From Marsupella aquatica (lineage: Eukaryota > Plantae > Marchantiophyta), in assembly GCA_973895155.1 (NCBI GenBank), contig OZ316896.1, positions 8,391,539 to 8,455,538 of the forward strand: 64,000 nucleotides of DNA, in the 5' to 3' direction. Both the position numbers and the translations under genes were made by a program. Of this stretch, positions 61,369 through 64,000 are shown piece after piece (within the stretch, counting starts at the first letter, position 1; every line of letters starts with the position of its first letter). The notes beneath the pieces were generated by a model. That model was not told where the DNA came from, searched no databases, and saw only the letters and a program-made list of their open reading frames with translations.

Positions 61369-64000
61369 ACCGTTAAATCTACCTGTAAGATGGGGGAATT
61401 CATTATCCCAGCCTTTAATTGCGAAGCCTGGAGACGCTCGTCTCTTGTCAAATATTGTAGTATAACGCAAATGGTGGTCGGCTTTTGTAACTCAGGGAAT
61501 AATGATGGTTTCCCAATTAAATCTGCCTGGAAAGTAAACTTGAAAGCGCGTTATTACGCTTGTCAAATCAAGGAGTAAAACGCATATGTTGTTCTAAACC
61601 CTAACCCAAAAAAACACGCCGGAAAAGAAGTAAACTTGAGAGCCCCTTTTTAAGCTTGGCAAATCACGTCTTAACAGGCAGATTGTGGTTGGGCATTTGT
61701 TACTCAAGAAATAATGCTGGTTGTCCGAATAAACCATCCGGAAAAGTGACTTTAGAGCCGCTTTTTTCGGTACAAGAAGATATTGTGTGTGAATAGAGCT
61801 ATCTGAGTAGATAGACGTGTGGAGAAGGGAGCGACGAAATATAACTGAATAGGGTTGTGTCTGAATTGAGCAATCTGAGTAGACGAGTGGAGAAGGGAGA
61901 GAGACAAACGATGAGTGAAACCTCCTGGGAAACCAGACTCTTGACCCCATATTGATGGCGCAGAAGTGGATTGTGTGCTTTGTAATTCTTGTCAGGAAAA
62001 GAAAGGTTATAGGTGTGTAATTTTTTCTACTAGGTGCCACCACTTCTATAACCCTATGCCCAGAAAATTTTGTCTTATAGTCTTTTTTTCTGGGCAGGTA
62101 TTACGTTTGATAATGACTGTTTGGACTGAGGTTGCTATCTGAAACTTGTTCCCAAAAACTTGTTCTCAAAAAGCTCAGAAAGATTTCCTAGCTTATCGTC
62201 ATCAATATTTCTTCACTTTTTGCTCGGAGTCGCCGATCAACATTTCTTCACTTTCTGTTCACAGGGTTACAGACTAGTAACCCGAGACCAATCTGTCATT
62301 ACCCTATACAAGAGTCTAGTCATGAGTGGAGAAGGGTGACAGAAAATATAACAAGAGAGACCCGCCTGGAAATAGTCATGCATAATGCGTCATAATGGCC
62401 CACCATAATGGCCCACCAAGGATCCATTGGTAAACTTTCTGGAGAGGGTCAGTTGTTGCCTGCCATAAACAGGCCTGCAATGATCTGACGCATACATAGA
62501 ATGGGAATTCAGGTGTTGAAACACAATTTGTTGTACAGCCAAGTTTCAATTGTTCCCGACACAGACAGGCTCAAATTGTGTCTCAGATGTGAAAATGGGA
62601 ATGGTGCCTGAGACACAATTTATTGTACTGACCTTGCACATCCCAGAACTTTTACATTGTATCAATATCCCTCTCTTGCAGATCCCAGAAAATTATGACT
62701 CGTAAATGCAACTTTATGAGATGTAATTAGAGTGGCAGATTTAATTTGCCCAAATGCTTGTTTAGTCAACTGTTGCCCTTAACATGTGCACTAGATGAGT
62801 TGAGAGACGAATGAAGAAGGGTAAGAAGATAATGAGAAAGGCTTCTAATAATGAAAAAAAATTCTTCAGATGGAAAGAATTTTTATTGGGAATTCAACAA
62901 CCAAACAGCAACAACGCAGAGGCCCCAACAGTAAGATGACGTAGCATTATATCACCTCATGTACATCTACAGTCTTCAGGGTAGCGTCTCAATAAGTGAT
63001 ATTGTGTAAGAAACCAGTCAAGTACAAGGAACCCATAAAATCTAATATAAGCTGCTGTTAAACTAACTTTTCAATAAGGGGGATTCTACATGAAATTTTA
63101 GTTTTCTGCCTAGTAGGGGTTATATTTTTTGCCTGGTAAGGTTTTCATTCTTTTATTATTGTTCGGAACTCTTGGGCTCTTTGGTTTTCTTGGAGTTTGG
63201 CCCTTGTCTTTGCCCTATTATTGGGTCTATGGCCTTTGGGATCCACTCACCTGGTTGGCGGTTTTTGTTCTTTGGCAATGATTGATATTCAAGTATACTT
63301 ATGGTTGCCATCAATATCTGATACACACCATCTGTTATACTAAGAGATATTGTTGTTTTTAGGCTGAGTTCCCAGCAGCACAGATAGCTCTGGATAAGCC
63401 TGAATGTATGTGGAACCCAAGAAAATCAATTCCATTTGCTAAACTTCCTATTCTTGAGGGAGAGGTGGGAGAGCACATTGCTCCTCTCTCTCAGGTTTGG
63501 TAGTGCCATGGACTTTATGTAAAAGTCACCCTAATTACACTACACAATACCAAAACTAGCTCCAGTACTAACAAGAAAGTGTCAAGACCCTTTCCCTAAT
63601 GTTGGACATTAATGAAATTCCAATACCTTTCAGTATCCCATAGATGAGAACCTCACCAAAAATCCCCCCAACTTTGATAGCTTATTGCTCTTTGTTATAG
63701 AGAAGGGGAACAGAGCCAAGCAAGCGTAGTGTGCACCTGGGTGTGTTTGACCAAGGTGTGCGACTGCAGGTGGTGGTGCTGCACAGTAGGGTCTGCCCAC
63801 ATCTGGGTAGTGAGCCCATGTGTGCATGCACAAGCTGTGCAGAGCTCTGGCCATGTTCGGCCACAGTAGCTGACCTGGCCTGTTCCTGTTGTTAGTGTGT
63901 CTGTTGATGTGTTTTTGGCACTTAGATGGCAGGAATTGCCACAACAACTCACTGGCCTCCATAGCCAGTACGTTCGCACACTATATTTGTGTGTACAAGC

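Overview
Eukaryotic, intron-rich land-plant genomic DNA; a non-seed plant such as a bryophyte is an inference from gene and repeat style. Six host genes can be reconstructed: mitochondrial Mn-SOD (6 exons, -), SCYL2-like pseudokinase (14 exons, -, one GC-AG intron), an intronless RING-H2 E3 ligase, NDUFAF3/Mth938-domain protein, a 5-exon putatively plastid-targeted conserved protein, and a PRL1-interacting-factor-A-like protein with HEXIM-like motifs. A gene-free block (~16.8-27 kb) holds several tandem repeats and three of four solo LTRs of one family. The outstanding feature is a 9.7-kb Ty3/Gypsy-type retroelement (44553-54294, 4-bp TSD AGCT). It encodes Gag-protease-C5 DNA methyltransferase-RT-RNaseH-DDE integrase-PHD finger and has split direct repeats (A-internal-B-gc-A-B) instead of ordinary LTRs. 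It also has a Tf1-like self-priming site instead of a tRNA PBS and a palindromic CA-gc-TG site inside the repeat unit. Together these suggest integration from a circular intermediate cut inside the LTR. This copy is decayed (3 in-frame TAG stops and at least 2 frame changes).
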